Of a DNA stretch of 64,000 nt, positions 30,622-41,674 are shown piece by piece. Made by a program: the position numbers and the translations under genes. The notes beneath the pieces are model-generated. The model did not search any database. It was not told the origin of the DNA and was given only the letters and a program-made list of their open reading frames with translations. The stretch spans positions 2,370-66,369 of the forward strand of contig QCPL01000007.1 in assembly GCA_003212515.1 (NCBI GenBank), written 5' to 3'. Each line of letters starts with the position of its first letter. Position 1 is the stretch's first letter. The DNA is from Prochlorococcus sp. AG-436-M02. GTDB lineage: Bacteria > Cyanobacteriota > Cyanobacteriia > PCC-6307 > Cyanobiaceae.

Positions 30622-33600
30622 ATGAACTTGCTACACGCCACTTGGTTAACTGCATTTGCAGATTTATCAGATGGCCCATCTACAGTGTTATTTCTTTGGG
30701 CAGATACATGGCAAGTCGCGACACCAAAAGAACCAAAAAATAGTCCCTGTACTCATCCATACACTCTTTCTACAAAAGAATTAGAGATTTGGTTAAAGAA
30801 AAAGAACTTGTTCCCTAAAGAGTCGCAAGAAACATCAGCATGTCTAACACTCCCTAGCAAATTTGCTATAGACGAAATCATTAATAAAGATCAAAAAATC
30901 TCTAAACAAGAAACAAAATGGTCAACTCTTCCGCTAATCGCTGGAGAAGCATTACCCAAAAAATATGAATGGTGGCCATGGAAAACAGAGGGTCTTGCAC
31001 TAGCACCATGGGAAGCCTCACAATGGCTAAAGCAATTACCTCTATCTCAAACAGATTATGACCTTAGCGAAGAAATACTTTGGTTGACACATTTAGAACG
31101 CTGGACCTTAAGACTGATTGCTAATGGATTATGGCTGCCACAAGTAAAATCAAGCAAAGAAGCATCGAAGCATCACTGTGCTCGATGGGTTCCCTTACTC
31201 AATCAAGAAAATGAACGCCAAAGATTAGAAGAATTTGTCCAAACCATGCCATTAGCAGTGATGTGTGGAGTGCCTTGGAGAGATCCAAGCATGCAAAGCT
31301 GTAACAAGATAAAAACTAAGTCCACTAAATCTATAGGACCACTAAATCCAATTGCATCATCGTGCGTGAACAAGGAACGAAATCTCGTGACAAATGTATT
31401 AGAAGAAATAGTTGATGCCCAACTTCGCAAAGATTTTGAAGAAAAGAGCAATAACCTTGACCCCTTACTGTCAGCTTGGCAAAAAGCACTTGGATCAGCA
31501 GATGGCTTCATTGAATTATGCGATAAAGACATTCAACGATTAGAAGAAGCTACTAAAAACTGGAAGAAAGGATTTTATAGCAATCTCAAAGATGCGAAAA
31601 CATGCCTTCAATTAATTCCACCAAATGATGCTGAAAATCTCTGGAATCTTCACTTTTTATTGCAAGCAGAAGCAAATCCAGCAAATACAATTTCCGCAAA
31701 GAAAGTTTGGGAGGCAGATGCCAAAGGGGTAATAATTGGTGACATAAAAGTCTTAGACCCTAGCGAAATTCTTCTAGAAGGCTTAGGGAGAGCCCTAAAT
31801 ATTTTTCCTGCCATCGAAAGAGGACTGGAAGATCCAACTCCCCATAGCATGCAACTCTCACCAGCGGAGGCATTTATATTTATTAAAACAGCTACAAATC
31901 AATTAAGAGATAATGGGATTGGTGTAATACTTCCTGAAAGCTTATCAAGTGGATTTTCCAGTCGACTAGGCTTAACAATCAACGCAGAACTAAAAGAAAA
32001 ATTTAAAGGAGCAATAGCAGGAGAGAGTCTTGATTGGAGCTGGGAGCTCATGATAGGTGGAATAGAGTTAACTATGAAAGAATTAGAAGTATTAGAAAAG
32101 AAAAATAGTCCTCTAGTTAATCACAAAGGCACTTGGATCGAATTACGCCCAAACGATCTAAAAAAAGTTCAACAATTTTCTTCGAATCCACCTCTACTTA
32201 ATCTCAATGAAGCATTAACTCTTACAGCAAATCAAGGTAATACACTCCTCAAGCTTCCAGTACATCGATTTACTTCTGGTCCAAGGCTAAGAAATGTTTT
32301 AGAGCAATATCATCATCAACAGTCACCAGAACCTTTACCAAATCCCAAAGGGTTTGAAGGTAACTTAAGACCATATCAACAAAGAGGCCTAGGTTGGTTA
32401 GCTTTTCTTTATAGCTTTCATCAAGGAGCATGCCTCGCAGATGATATGGGGCTTGGAAAAACTATTCAATTATTAGCATTTATTCAAAAATTAAAGAACG
32501 ATGGAGAACTCATAAAACCTTTATTACTTATTGCACCTACCTCAGTCATAACCAATTGGCGGAGAGAAGCAAAGGCTTTTACACCGGAATTATCTCTCCT
32601 TGAACACTATGGTATCCAAAGAGCAAGTAGCGTAGAACAACTAAGTCAATCACTTAAGAAAATTGATATTTGCATCACAAGTTATAGTCTAGCCTTTAGA
32701 GATAAAGAACTTTTTCAAGATATCAACTGGCAAGGTGTTGTAATTGATGAAGCACAAGCTATAAAAAACCCAAAGGCTAAGCAAAGTGTTGCTATCAGGG
32801 ACATTAGTCAACGTCTCAAACAAAATCCACTGCGAATTGCACTCACAGGAACACCCATTGAAAACCGTATAAGTGAACTATGGGCTCTTATGAATTTTCT
32901 AAACCCAAAAGTGTTAGGAGAAGAAGACTTTTTTAATCAAAGATACAAGCTACCGATTGAACAATATGGAGATATCTCATCATTAAATGACCTAAAAAGC
33001 CTTGTAAGTCCATTTATTTTAAGACGTTTAAAAACCGACAAATCAATCATCTCAGATTTACCAAACAAAATTGAACTAAATGAATGGGTAACTCTCAGTG
33101 AAGAGCAGGAGCATCTATACAACAAAACTGTAGAGACATCTCTCAAGGAAATCGCATCATCACCTCTAGGTCAACGTCATGGAAAAATGCTAGGTCTCCT
33201 TACTCGTCTCAAACAAATCTGCAATCACCCTGCACTTATTTTAAAAGAATCAGAAATTACTAAAGACTTTCTAGAACGATCTACAAAGGTACAAAGACTA
33301 GAACAAATACTTGAAGAAGTTATTGAAGCAAACGATAGAGCTTTATTATTTACTCAATTCACTGAATGGGGATACTTGTTGCAATCTTATCTTCAAAAAA
33401 GATGGCAAGCCGAGATTCCCTTTCTTCATGGAGGGAGCTCTAAAATCCAAAGACAACAAATGATCGATCGCTTTCAAAATGATCCAAGAGGACCAAGACT
33501 CTTTTTGCTTTCATTAAAAGCAGGAGGATTAGGGTTAAACTTAACTAGAGCAAATCATGTTTTTCACATTGATCGATGGTGGAATCCGGCTGTAGAGAAT

Positions 33601-33822
33601 CAAGCCACAGATCGTGCGTATCGAATTGGGCAAACTAAAAGTGTCATCGTTCACAAATTTATTACTACGGGTTCTATTGAAGAAAAAATTAATCAAATGA
33701 TTTTGAAAAAATCACAACTTTCTGAAAACATAATTGACTCAGGGGAAAGTTGGCTTAGCAAGCTTAGTGTGGAAGAGTTAAGCAAATTAGTTTTGTTAGA
33801 AAGCCATACAGAAACAACCTAG
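30622..33822 (+). CDS. SNF2/SWI2-family DEAD/H helicase
   Basis: LADDMGLGKT, DEAQ, LTGTPIEN, WWNPAVENQATDRAYRIGQ. Confidence 0.95.
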   Translation: MNLLHATWLTAFADLSDGPSTVLFLWADTWQVATPKEPKNSPCTHPYTLSTKELEIWLKKKNLFPKESQETSACLTLPSKFAIDEIINKDQKISKQETKWSTLPLIAGEALPKKYEWWPWKTEGLALAPWEASQWLKQLPLSQTDYDLSEEILWLTHLERWTLRLIANGLWLPQVKSSKEASKHHCARWVPLLNQENERQRLEEFVQTMPLAVMCGVPWRDPSMQSCNKIKTKSTKSIGPLNPIASSCVNKERNLVTNVLEEIVDAQLRKDFEEKSNNLDPLLSAWQKALGSADGFIELCDKDIQRLEEATKNWKKGFYSNLKDAKTCLQLIPPNDAENLWNLHFLLQAEANPANTISAKKVWEADAKGVIIGDIKVLDPSEILLEGLGRALNIFPAIERGLEDPTPHSMQLSPAEAFIFIKTATNQLRDNGIGVILPESLSSGFSSRLGLTINAELKEKFKGAIAGESLDWSWELMIGGIELTMKELEVLEKKNSPLVNHKGTWIELRPNDLKKVQQFSSNPPLLNLNEALTLTANQGNTLLKLPVHRFTSGPRLRNVLEQYHHQQSPEPLPNPKGFEGNLRPYQQRGLGWLAFLYSFHQGACLADDMGLGKTIQLLAFIQKLKNDGELIKPLLLIAPTSVITNWRREAKAFTPELSLLEHYGIQRASSVEQLSQSLKKIDICITSYSLAFRDKELFQDINWQGVVIDEAQAIKNPKAKQSVAIRDISQRLKQNPLRIALTGTPIENRISELWALMNFLNPKVLGEEDFFNQRYKLPIEQYGDISSLNDLKSLVSPFILRRLKTDKSIISDLPNKIELNEWVTLSEEQEHLYNKTVETSLKEIASSPLGQRHGKMLGLLTRLKQICNHPALILKESEITKDFLERSTKVQRLEQILEEVIEANDRALLFTQFTEWGYLLQSYLQKRWQAEIPFLHGGSSKIQRQQMIDRFQNDPRGPRLFLLSLKAGGLGLNLTRANHVFHIDRWWNPAVENQATDRAYRIGQTKSVIVHKFITTGSIEEKINQMILKKSQLSENIIDSGESWLSKLSVEELSKLVLLESHTETT

Positions 33823-33827
33823 TAATC

Positions 33828-34682
33828 ATGAATGACTCTGAGATAACAACTGCAATAAGTAGAAAAGGACTTGGAAAACAAGCCTGGTGGGTGGAGCAAT
33901 GGATGGAACTTATCAACTCCTATCGCTATAAAAAACGCCTAGAACGTGCCTGGATTTATGCAAGAGAGGGTAATGTCACATCAATACGCTTCGAAGGTCG
34001 AAGAATTCATGCAAGAGTTCAAGGTACAGAAAAAAAGCCATACAAAGTAAAGCTATGGTTAGATGTTCTTGATGATGAAAATTGGACGTATGTCATCGAC
34101 GCATTAGCAAAAAAAGCAAAATGGTCAGCACAATTATTAGCGGGGGTAATGCCAAAAGATATAGAGCAAGCTTTTGCAACAACAGGCAAAAGACTATTTC
34201 CATTCAATCTTCAAGAAGTTAAAAGTGAATGTAGCTGTCCTGACCAAGCAAACCCATGCAAACATATTAGTGCTGTTTATTTTTTAATGGGAGAGCAATT
34301 TAAAGAAAATCCTTTTCTTCTTTTCCAACTAAGAGGAAAAGGTAAAAATTCACTATTATCAGATTTAGCTCAAAAAAGGTTATCAGTTAGCAAAGAAAGT
34401 CAGGCAAAAACTCATGTATTAAACAATACATCTATGACAAAAAATAATATAATAAGATCCCCAGAAATTTGGTGGTCTTACAAACAAAACTTAGATGATG
34501 ACCTAGTAGTCATAACCTCTTCAACAGAAGCAAAAGCTGGCCCATTAATTGCAGGTGAAATACCATTAGCTTCAAATCCACAATTCCCTGCATCACAAAA
34601 TACTTTTATTAAAAATTTAATTTCTTATAGTGAGACTCAAGGTCAAAAAGCTATGTTAAGCGCAATGTCAATCAATACGTAA
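33828..34682 (+). CDS. SWIM zinc-finger protein (partner of SNF2)
   Basis: CSCPD...CKH SWIM motif; NPFLLFQLRG. Confidence 0.92.
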   Translation: MNDSEITTAISRKGLGKQAWWVEQWMELINSYRYKKRLERAWIYAREGNVTSIRFEGRRIHARVQGTEKKPYKVKLWLDVLDDENWTYVIDALAKKAKWSAQLLAGVMPKDIEQAFATTGKRLFPFNLQEVKSECSCPDQANPCKHISAVYFLMGEQFKENPFLLFQLRGKGKNSLLSDLAQKRLSVSKESQAKTHVLNNTSMTKNNIIRSPEIWWSYKQNLDDDLVVITSSTEAKAGPLIAGEIPLASNPQFPASQNTFIKNLISYSETQGQKAMLSAMSINT

Positions 34683-34806
34683 AAGAAATTGGTTCATCAC
34701 TAATTTAATGAATCAATCTTACTCCAGACAAGCTAAGCAAAGACTGTAGATCGTTTCTTTTCTCTAGAAAAAGTCTCACATCCAGTCGAGCAGAACTTAC
34801 AGTACA

Positions 34807-36600
34807 TTGAATGATCGGCAAATAACTATGGGAACCAACTCTCCAACCTTCATAGGAAAGGCCGCAAAGAGTCCTAAACTTTCCTTGCAATACGAGTCCA
34901 TTGGAGAAAACACTACTACCATTCGGTCACTTGATTGGGAGAGGAGTCGCTTTGATATTGAGTTTGGGTTAAGAAATGGAACAACGTACAACAGTTTTAT
35001 TATTCAGGCTGAAAAAACAGCATTAATCGATAGCAGCCATTTAAAATTTAAAGATATATGGTTAAAAATTTTAAAAAATAAAGTTGATCCACAATCAATT
35101 GATTATTTAATAGTAAGCCACACGGAACCAGATCATTCTGGGTTAATTAGTGAAATTCTTGAACTTAACAACAACATTGAAATTTATGGTTCAAAAGTGG
35201 CATTACAATTCCTAGAAAATCAAATTCATCGACCTTTCAAATCAACAGCAATAAAAACTGGAAATGAGCTTGACTTAGGAAAGAATTTAAAGAATGGCAT
35301 TCACCATAAACTTCAATTTATAAGTGCCCCCAATCTTCACTGGCCAGACACTATTTTTTCGTATGACCATGGAACCAATATACTTTATACATGTGATGCC
35401 TTTGGTCTCCATTACTGTACAGATGAACTTTTTGATCTAAATCCTGAGGTTATTAGTTCAGACTTCCGCTACTATTATGATTGCCTAATGGGGCCCAATG
35501 CCCGCAGTGTTCTTCAAGCGCTAAAAAGAATTCAAAGCCTACCAAAAATTCAAACGATTGCAGTTGGTCATGGACCTCTCTTACGCGACAATATAGAGCT
35601 ATGGCTTAACAATTATCATCAGTGGAGTAGTCAACGAAAAACTACTGATGGATATGCAGCTATTTGTTATATCAGTCAATATGGCTTTTGCGATAGACTT
35701 AGTCAAGCAATTGCATTAGGAGCAAATAAAGCAGAAGCTGAAGTACAACTTGTTGATATCAGAGCCTCAGATAGTCAAGAACTTAGTGCCCTAATTGGAG
35801 AGGCAAAAGCAGTTGTTATACCAACATGGCCAAGTCAAGCTGATGCAGAGACTCAAAGTGCAATAGGAACATTACTTGCAGCATTAAAACAAAAGCAATG
35901 GGTAGGAGTATATGAAAGTTTTGGAAAAAATGATGAACCAATTGATGTAATTGCCAATCAACTAAGAGGACTTGGTCAAAAAGAAGCATTCTCACCATTA
36001 AGAATTAAAAAAACACCTGATGCAAATACATTTCAACAATTTGAAGAAGCAGGAACTGATCTAGGACAATTGCTTAATCGTAAAAAAAATATTGCTACGA
36101 TAAAAAGTTTTGATGGCGATCTAGTAAAAGCACTGGGACGTATTAGTGGCGGCCTATATGTCGTAACAGCAAGCCAAGGTCACGATCAAGATAAACGTCG
36201 GGGAGCAATGATAGCGAGTTGGGTCAGTCAAGCAAGTTTCAAGCCTCCTGGACTAACTGTTGCCGTAGCAAAAGACCGTGCAATTGAATCACTAATGAAA
36301 GTAGGAGATAGATTTGTCTTAAATGTTCTTGAAGAGAATAACTATCAAAAATTATTTAGACAATTTCTGAAACGATTCCCTCCAGGAGCCAATCGTTTTG
36401 AGGGCATTTCTATTATTGAAAATGTCGCGCAAGGTGGTCCTGTATTAAGTGATGCACTTGCATATTTAGATTGTCTCGTAAAACAAAGGTTAGAAACAAC
36501 TGATCACTGGATCATCTATGCAGTAGTAGAGCATGGAAATATTTCGAATTCAGAAGCCAAAACTGCTGTTCATCACAGAAAAGTCGGAACCTCTTACTAA
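34807..36600 (+). CDS. flv3: Flavodiiron protein with canonical diiron ligands (Flv3-type)
   Basis: SHTEPDH, HWPD, CDAFG; flavodoxin and flavin-reductase domains. Confidence 0.85.
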   Translation: MNDRQITMGTNSPTFIGKAAKSPKLSLQYESIGENTTTIRSLDWERSRFDIEFGLRNGTTYNSFIIQAEKTALIDSSHLKFKDIWLKILKNKVDPQSIDYLIVSHTEPDHSGLISEILELNNNIEIYGSKVALQFLENQIHRPFKSTAIKTGNELDLGKNLKNGIHHKLQFISAPNLHWPDTIFSYDHGTNILYTCDAFGLHYCTDELFDLNPEVISSDFRYYYDCLMGPNARSVLQALKRIQSLPKIQTIAVGHGPLLRDNIELWLNNYHQWSSQRKTTDGYAAICYISQYGFCDRLSQAIALGANKAEAEVQLVDIRASDSQELSALIGEAKAVVIPTWPSQADAETQSAIGTLLAALKQKQWVGVYESFGKNDEPIDVIANQLRGLGQKEAFSPLRIKKTPDANTFQQFEEAGTDLGQLLNRKKNIATIKSFDGDLVKALGRISGGLYVVTASQGHDQDKRRGAMIASWVSQASFKPPGLTVAVAKDRAIESLMKVGDRFVLNVLEENNYQKLFRQFLKRFPPGANRFEGISIIENVAQGGPVLSDALAYLDCLVKQRLETTDHWIIYAVVEHGNISNSEAKTAVHHRKVGTSY

Positions 36601-38438
36601 TGCTAAATCCTGTTATGAATCAATTATCAAAAGAACAACCAAACAGCAAAAGTGTTATCAATCTTGCTATAGATGAAGGATTTATTTCTCTCAGATGTCT
36701 AAGTCCAAAAAAATTAAGATTTGAAATTGAATATTCACTCGGGAAAGGAACAACTTCAAATTCCTTTCTTTTTTATAAAGATAAGGAGATGACTGCTGTA
36801 TTAATTAATCCTCCTGGATCTAATTTTGAAGAGGTCTTTATCCCTGCCTTGAGAAAACTAGTCAGCCAAAATATTAAAGAGCTAATCGTCATTGTTGGTC
36901 ATATCAATCCTAATAGAGTTAATCTTCTTCGAACGCTTGCTAAAGAATACCAAGGGCTCAAAATAATCTGCTCTAACCCAGGTGGAAAATTGTTAAAAGA
37001 GCTTTGGACACAAATTAAGCCCACAAAAGAAAATAATAATTCAACAAAAAGAAAAAATGTTCCTGCAATCCCAACAATTAATTTAATAAAGCAAGAGACT
37101 TCTATATCGATTTCAAATAGTTATGTAATCAGATTAATCCCAACCCCAACAGCCCGTTGGCCAGGTGGGCTTATAAGCTTTGAAGAGACTACAGGGTTTC
37201 TAATGAGCGATAAACTTTTTGGAGCACACATCTGTACTCCAGAATGGGCAGAAAGGAATAGAGTCAGCACAGAAGATGAGCGTCGACATTACTTTGATTG
37301 TTTAATGACTCCAATGATTAGTCAAGTGAATAGAATCGTTGAAAAGCTTGAGTTGCTTAATATCAGCACAATTGCACCCAGTCATGGTCCAACGATCGAA
37401 ACTAGCTGGCGGAGTTTATTAAATGATTACCAAAGATGGGGAGATCAGCAAACTCAGGCATCTATAAATATTGTCATGTTATTTGCGAGCGCCTATGGAA
37501 ACACAGCAGCTATCGCAGATACTCTAGCAAAAGGAATTAACTCAACAGGAGTACAAGTCAAAAGCCTTAATTGTGAATTCACCTCAACAGATGAATTACG
37601 AACCGCGATCCAAAACGCAGATGCATATCTAATTGGATCTCCGACTCTTGGTGGACATGCACCTACACCTATTGTTTCAGCATTAGGAACTCTCCTTTCT
37701 GAAGGAGATCGAAAAAAACCAGTAGGTATCTTTGGTAGTTATGGATGGAGTGGAGAAGCATTAGATTTACTAGAAAATAAATTACTTGATGGAGGCTTTG
37801 AGTTTGGTTTTAATCCAATCAAAATTAAATTTAGTCCTAATGCTGAAATAGTCAAAACAATAGAAGAAACAGGTGCAAAGTTTGGTCGAAAGTTAGTGGC
37901 AGATGAAAGAAGACATCAACGTCGACTAAGTGGAGGGATTAATGTAAGCAAAAGTGACCCTGCATTATTAGCACTTGGAAAAATTGTTGGATCTTTATCT
38001 ATACTGACAGCTCAAAAAACTGAAGAGGAAAGCAACATAAGCAGCGCAATGGTTGCCAGCTGGATTAGCCAAGCCAGCTTCTCTCCTCCAGGCATAACTA
38101 TTGCTGTAGCCAAAGACAGAGCTGTAGAATCACTCCTGCATAATGATGATAGTTTTGCTCTGAATATACTTAATGAAGATGATTATCAAAAATCACTAAA
38201 ACAATTTCTCCAACCTTTTCCACCAGGAGCAAATCGTTTATCAGGGCTTAATCTATTAAGTACTCCTGGGGAACAACCAATTCTGCCAGAAGCTCTAGCC
38301 TGGTTAGAATGTTCCGTCAAACAACGAATGGAATGTGGGGATCATTGGTTAATTTATGCAGAAGTTCTCCATGGAAAAGTTTTAAATCAAAATGGGATTA
38401 CAGCTGTACATCATCGTCGGACTGGTGCAAGTTATTAG
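36600..38438 (+). CDS. flv1: Flavodiiron protein with non-canonical ligands (Flv1-type)
   Basis: GHINPNR, RWPG, SDKLFG substitutions; SAYGNT flavodoxin; reductase domain. Confidence 0.85.
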   Translation: MLNPVMNQLSKEQPNSKSVINLAIDEGFISLRCLSPKKLRFEIEYSLGKGTTSNSFLFYKDKEMTAVLINPPGSNFEEVFIPALRKLVSQNIKELIVIVGHINPNRVNLLRTLAKEYQGLKIICSNPGGKLLKELWTQIKPTKENNNSTKRKNVPAIPTINLIKQETSISISNSYVIRLIPTPTARWPGGLISFEETTGFLMSDKLFGAHICTPEWAERNRVSTEDERRHYFDCLMTPMISQVNRIVEKLELLNISTIAPSHGPTIETSWRSLLNDYQRWGDQQTQASINIVMLFASAYGNTAAIADTLAKGINSTGVQVKSLNCEFTSTDELRTAIQNADAYLIGSPTLGGHAPTPIVSALGTLLSEGDRKKPVGIFGSYGWSGEALDLLENKLLDGGFEFGFNPIKIKFSPNAEIVKTIEETGAKFGRKLVADERRHQRRLSGGINVSKSDPALLALGKIVGSLSILTAQKTEEESNISSAMVASWISQASFSPPGITIAVAKDRAVESLLHNDDSFALNILNEDDYQKSLKQFLQPFPPGANRLSGLNLLSTPGEQPILPEALAWLECSVKQRMECGDHWLIYAEVLHGKVLNQNGITAVHHRRTGASY

Positions 38439-38495
38439 GCAGACAATCTGGTAGACCTAATAAAAGGACCAATCACAATTAATCCAATCAAGAAA

Positions 38496-39020
38496 ATGAA
38501 AGATTTACTAGTAATAACAGCAAGTGATGGCGAAAATCTCAAGCTTGCAAAACGATTTGTATCTTCAGGGGAACAAATTGGAGCAAATCCTACCTTGTTA
38601 GACCTTACTAAACTAGATCTTCCTCTATTCAGTCCACAAAAACATAGTGAATTAGGGATTCCATCCACAATCAATACGCTTCATTCTCAAATGATTTCCA
38701 ACCCTTATTGGGTCATTTGTGCACCTGAATACAATGGTTCAATTCCACCTGTCTTAACTAATGCAATAGCATGGCTCTCAGTACAAGAATCAGATTTTCG
38801 TAAATTGTTCAATGGAAGACCCATTGCAATAGCAAGCTTCTCTGGAGGCGGCTGCATGGAATTACTGATTTCAATGCGAATACAATTCACACATCTGGGA
38901 GCACAAGTAGTTGGACGCCAATTAGCTAGCAATAGTAAAAATCCAGCTCAAGATTCATCCATCAACGATCTACTCAATCGATTACTTCAAATGCAACCTT
39001 TGAAGCTTGAAGTACTTTAA
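38496..39020 (+). CDS. NADPH-dependent FMN reductase
   Basis: APEYNGSIPPVLTNAIAWLS. Confidence 0.9.
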   Translation: MKDLLVITASDGENLKLAKRFVSSGEQIGANPTLLDLTKLDLPLFSPQKHSELGIPSTINTLHSQMISNPYWVICAPEYNGSIPPVLTNAIAWLSVQESDFRKLFNGRPIAIASFSGGGCMELLISMRIQFTHLGAQVVGRQLASNSKNPAQDSSINDLLNRLLQMQPLKLEVL

Positions 39021-39217
39021 GAAGCAAAATGAAACCATATATAGGGTCTATTAAAAACAGCGAAAAAACAACTATTTACTCATCATCCAAAAACTCTTGC
39101 AAATCCCTTTCTATACATGAAGAAAAGGGAAAATAATGATATGAAAACCTGTTTTCATATTGAGTTAAAATTTGTTATTTGCTTTGATACACTATATGTG
39201 TGGTTTGAGATATTGGA

Positions 39218-39451
39218 ATGGCTCATCCATCCATCCCTGATCAAATACGTGCTTTTTCTCAAGCAATTACAGTCATTCGTTATAAAGGTTTCCTCCTCAT
39301 AGAGCAAGAAAATAAAAGTTGGCTAATTAGACCAGAAAGTAGCCCTTTGGTTTTATTGCCTTTTAGAACAAATGTTTGTTCTTTAATCGAGGCTCAAAAA
39401 TTATTAGACAAGAAGCTTTCTAATAAAGAGCAAATTCCAGAAGCTGCTTAG
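39218..39451 (+). CDS. Conserved picocyanobacterial hypothetical protein
   Basis: IRYKGFLL...WLIRPE.SP..LLPFRT, resembling a small conserved family. Confidence 0.6.
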   Translation: MAHPSIPDQIRAFSQAITVIRYKGFLLIEQENKSWLIRPESSPLVLLPFRTNVCSLIEAQKLLDKKLSNKEQIPEAA

Positions 39452-39471
39452 TTAATAAAAAAACGTAAAAA

Positions 39472-41262
39472 TTATTCAAGAGCTTGATCATGCCAAACCT
39501 TTAAAACTTGTTGAGCCATAGGTAATGCATGAACCGACCCTCCTCCAGGAGTATTTTGAGCAAAAGCAACGACTACTATTTCACTGGCTTCATATGGTGC
39601 AAAACAAGCAAACCAAGCATGATCAGCTCCACCAGTACTGTCTTCAGCTGTTCCTGTTTTACCCGCAACAGGTGGTAAAGTAGGTAAATTCCATTTTAAA
39701 TTTCTCCCAGTACCTGAATCAACTACTTTCTTCAATCCTCTTCTAATTGTATTTAATGTACTAGGTTTAATATCAACTTTTTTCTTATATTTAGATGAAA
39801 GCCAGTTAATATCAGAATCAACAAAATGAGGAGTAATGAGATATCCACCATTTGCAAAAACAGCATAAGCACGAGCTAATTGTAAAGGTGTTACTTGAAC
39901 TACAGCCTGGCCAATCGAAGCACTTGCAATATCTTCAGGTATCCAAGGCGTCATACCAGGTCGACCCCACCCGCGTCCAGCATCAGCCCATTCTTTGTTG
40001 CCTACAAAACCTCGGCTTTCCTCAGAGACAATCTCTACACCGGTTCGAGCATTAAAGCCAAGTTTAATTGCTGAATCATACAATTGTTCAATACCCACTG
40101 CTGCTCCAATTTGATAAAAAAAAGTATTACTAGAAACTCTAAAAGCATCTTCATAACCAATTTCACCCCAACCTTTACGATTATGTTCTGGGAAGCAATG
40201 GGATCCATATTGAATACAAGCTGCCGTTTGCAAACGGATATTAGGTTCGAATTTTCCACTCTCCATCCCAGCCATGCCAGTAACAATTTTCCATGTACTT
40301 CCTGGATCATATGCATTCAGAGCCCGACTAAATAACGGTTTCTTCGGTGATAAAAATATGTCCTTAAATTCTTTTTGAGTTCTTACTGGTTTTGTAAAAA
40401 AATTAGGGTCAAATCCAGGCTTACTAGCCATTGCTTTAATAGCACCAGTATTTGGTTCTAAAACAACTATTGCTCCAGCAGGTTTATCCTCAAGTGCTTT
40501 CTCTGCAGCCCTCTGTAAATCAAAATCTAAAGTTAATTTTAGATCATTTCCCATAACTGGAGGCTGATATCCAAGGCTGCGTTGAATTTTGCCAGATACA
40601 TCCACTTCCAACATTTCACCCCCCCATTTGCCACGTAAATGAGGTTCAAATACAGCTTCTAAACCACTTCTTCCAATAACATCTTTTATTTTGTAACCAT
40701 GTTTAGAAAGTTTTTTAAATTCTTCAAATGTAATTAATTGAGTATAGCCAAGAACGTGAGAAGCAAAATTACCATATGGATAATAACGAACTAATTCAGT
40801 ATTAACCTGTACGCCTGGAAAACTTTCTTCATTCTCCTTAAAATGTAAAACTTGTGTCTTCGATAGACGACCTAACAAAACAATGCTAACCTGATTATTT
40901 TCAAGACCATTCCTATAAGTTAAACTAAGAATATCTTGATTGACTTTTAATAAATCTGAGAGTCTCTTTAAAAGATCTTTCAATTCTTGCTTATCTATTA
41001 AATGAGGTTGAGCAATCAAAGAAAATCTTAATTTATTATCAGCCAATAACTTCCCATTTTGAGTAGTAATTTTTCCTCTAATAGGAGGATTTGCTACTAA
41101 GCGAATACGATTTTCATTCGAGAGAGTACGGTAAAATGATCCCTTTATAATTTGCAGCCAAAATAATCTACCAAGAATAGATGAAAAGAGTAATAGAACA
41201 ATTAAAACTAAAATATTAGTTTGATTTGATGATTGATTGTCTTTTCTATTTCTAATATTCAC
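39472..41262 (-). CDS. mrdA: Penicillin-binding protein 2
   Basis: N-terminal TM, PGSTWK (SxxK), SSN (SxN), KTGTAE. Confidence 0.93.
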   Translation of the reverse strand: MNIRNRKDNQSSNQTNILVLIVLLLFSSILGRLFWLQIIKGSFYRTLSNENRIRLVANPPIRGKITTQNGKLLADNKLRFSLIAQPHLIDKQELKDLLKRLSDLLKVNQDILSLTYRNGLENNQVSIVLLGRLSKTQVLHFKENEESFPGVQVNTELVRYYPYGNFASHVLGYTQLITFEEFKKLSKHGYKIKDVIGRSGLEAVFEPHLRGKWGGEMLEVDVSGKIQRSLGYQPPVMGNDLKLTLDFDLQRAAEKALEDKPAGAIVVLEPNTGAIKAMASKPGFDPNFFTKPVRTQKEFKDIFLSPKKPLFSRALNAYDPGSTWKIVTGMAGMESGKFEPNIRLQTAACIQYGSHCFPEHNRKGWGEIGYEDAFRVSSNTFFYQIGAAVGIEQLYDSAIKLGFNARTGVEIVSEESRGFVGNKEWADAGRGWGRPGMTPWIPEDIASASIGQAVVQVTPLQLARAYAVFANGGYLITPHFVDSDINWLSSKYKKKVDIKPSTLNTIRRGLKKVVDSGTGRNLKWNLPTLPPVAGKTGTAEDSTGGADHAWFACFAPYEASEIVVVAFAQNTPGGGSVHALPMAQQVLKVWHDQALE

Positions 41263-41289
41263 TGTGCCATTTATAAAGAAATTAAAGTA

Positions 41290-41664
41290 CTAATTTTTTA
41301 TAAATGAATCGTTTATGTATAACTTTAATAAGTTTAGCCTAGATTCAATCCTATTTAAAATATTCACTAAATCATTCTCACTAATACTTTCTACATCATT
41401 ATTTTTGTTGGAATTTATTGATACTTTAACTTCTAAAATTGGGTTCCCTAATCCAGGCACAATTTGATCAAGTCTATCCCTAACTAATTGCGCAACTTCA
41501 GAGCCCTCTTCTTTTAACATTTGAATAGGAGAAGTTGAAGACCTTAGATCATCTATCATTTTGCCTGCATGCCCTTTTTGAACTCTATTTAAAATTGCCA
41601 GCCCCGCAGGAAGGACAGTATCCATCAAAACAAGATGGTATTTTGGGAATATATTTTGATCCAT
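41290..41664 (-). CDS. Hypothetical protein
   Basis: 124-aa ORF co-oriented in the operon upstream of mrdA. Confidence 0.65.
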   Translation of the reverse strand: MDQNIFPKYHLVLMDTVLPAGLAILNRVQKGHAGKMIDDLRSSTSPIQMLKEEGSEVAQLVRDRLDQIVPGLGNPILEVKVSINSNKNNDVESISENDLVNILNRIESRLNLLKLYINDSFIKN

Positions 41665-41674
41665 AAATCCAAGG

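Noticed and set aside
30622-34682. SNF2 helicase + SWIM pair as a novel defence system
   Set aside because: Widely conserved cyanobacterial gene pair in core synteny beside alaS and the flv genes; no mobility signs.
34705-34991. Short minus-strand ORFs between SWIM and flv3
   Set aside because: Overlap the flv3 start antisense and show no recognisable motifs.
36600-38438. Loss of diiron ligands suggesting a pseudogene
   Set aside because: Non-canonical ligands are the established feature of Flv1-type flavodiiron proteins.
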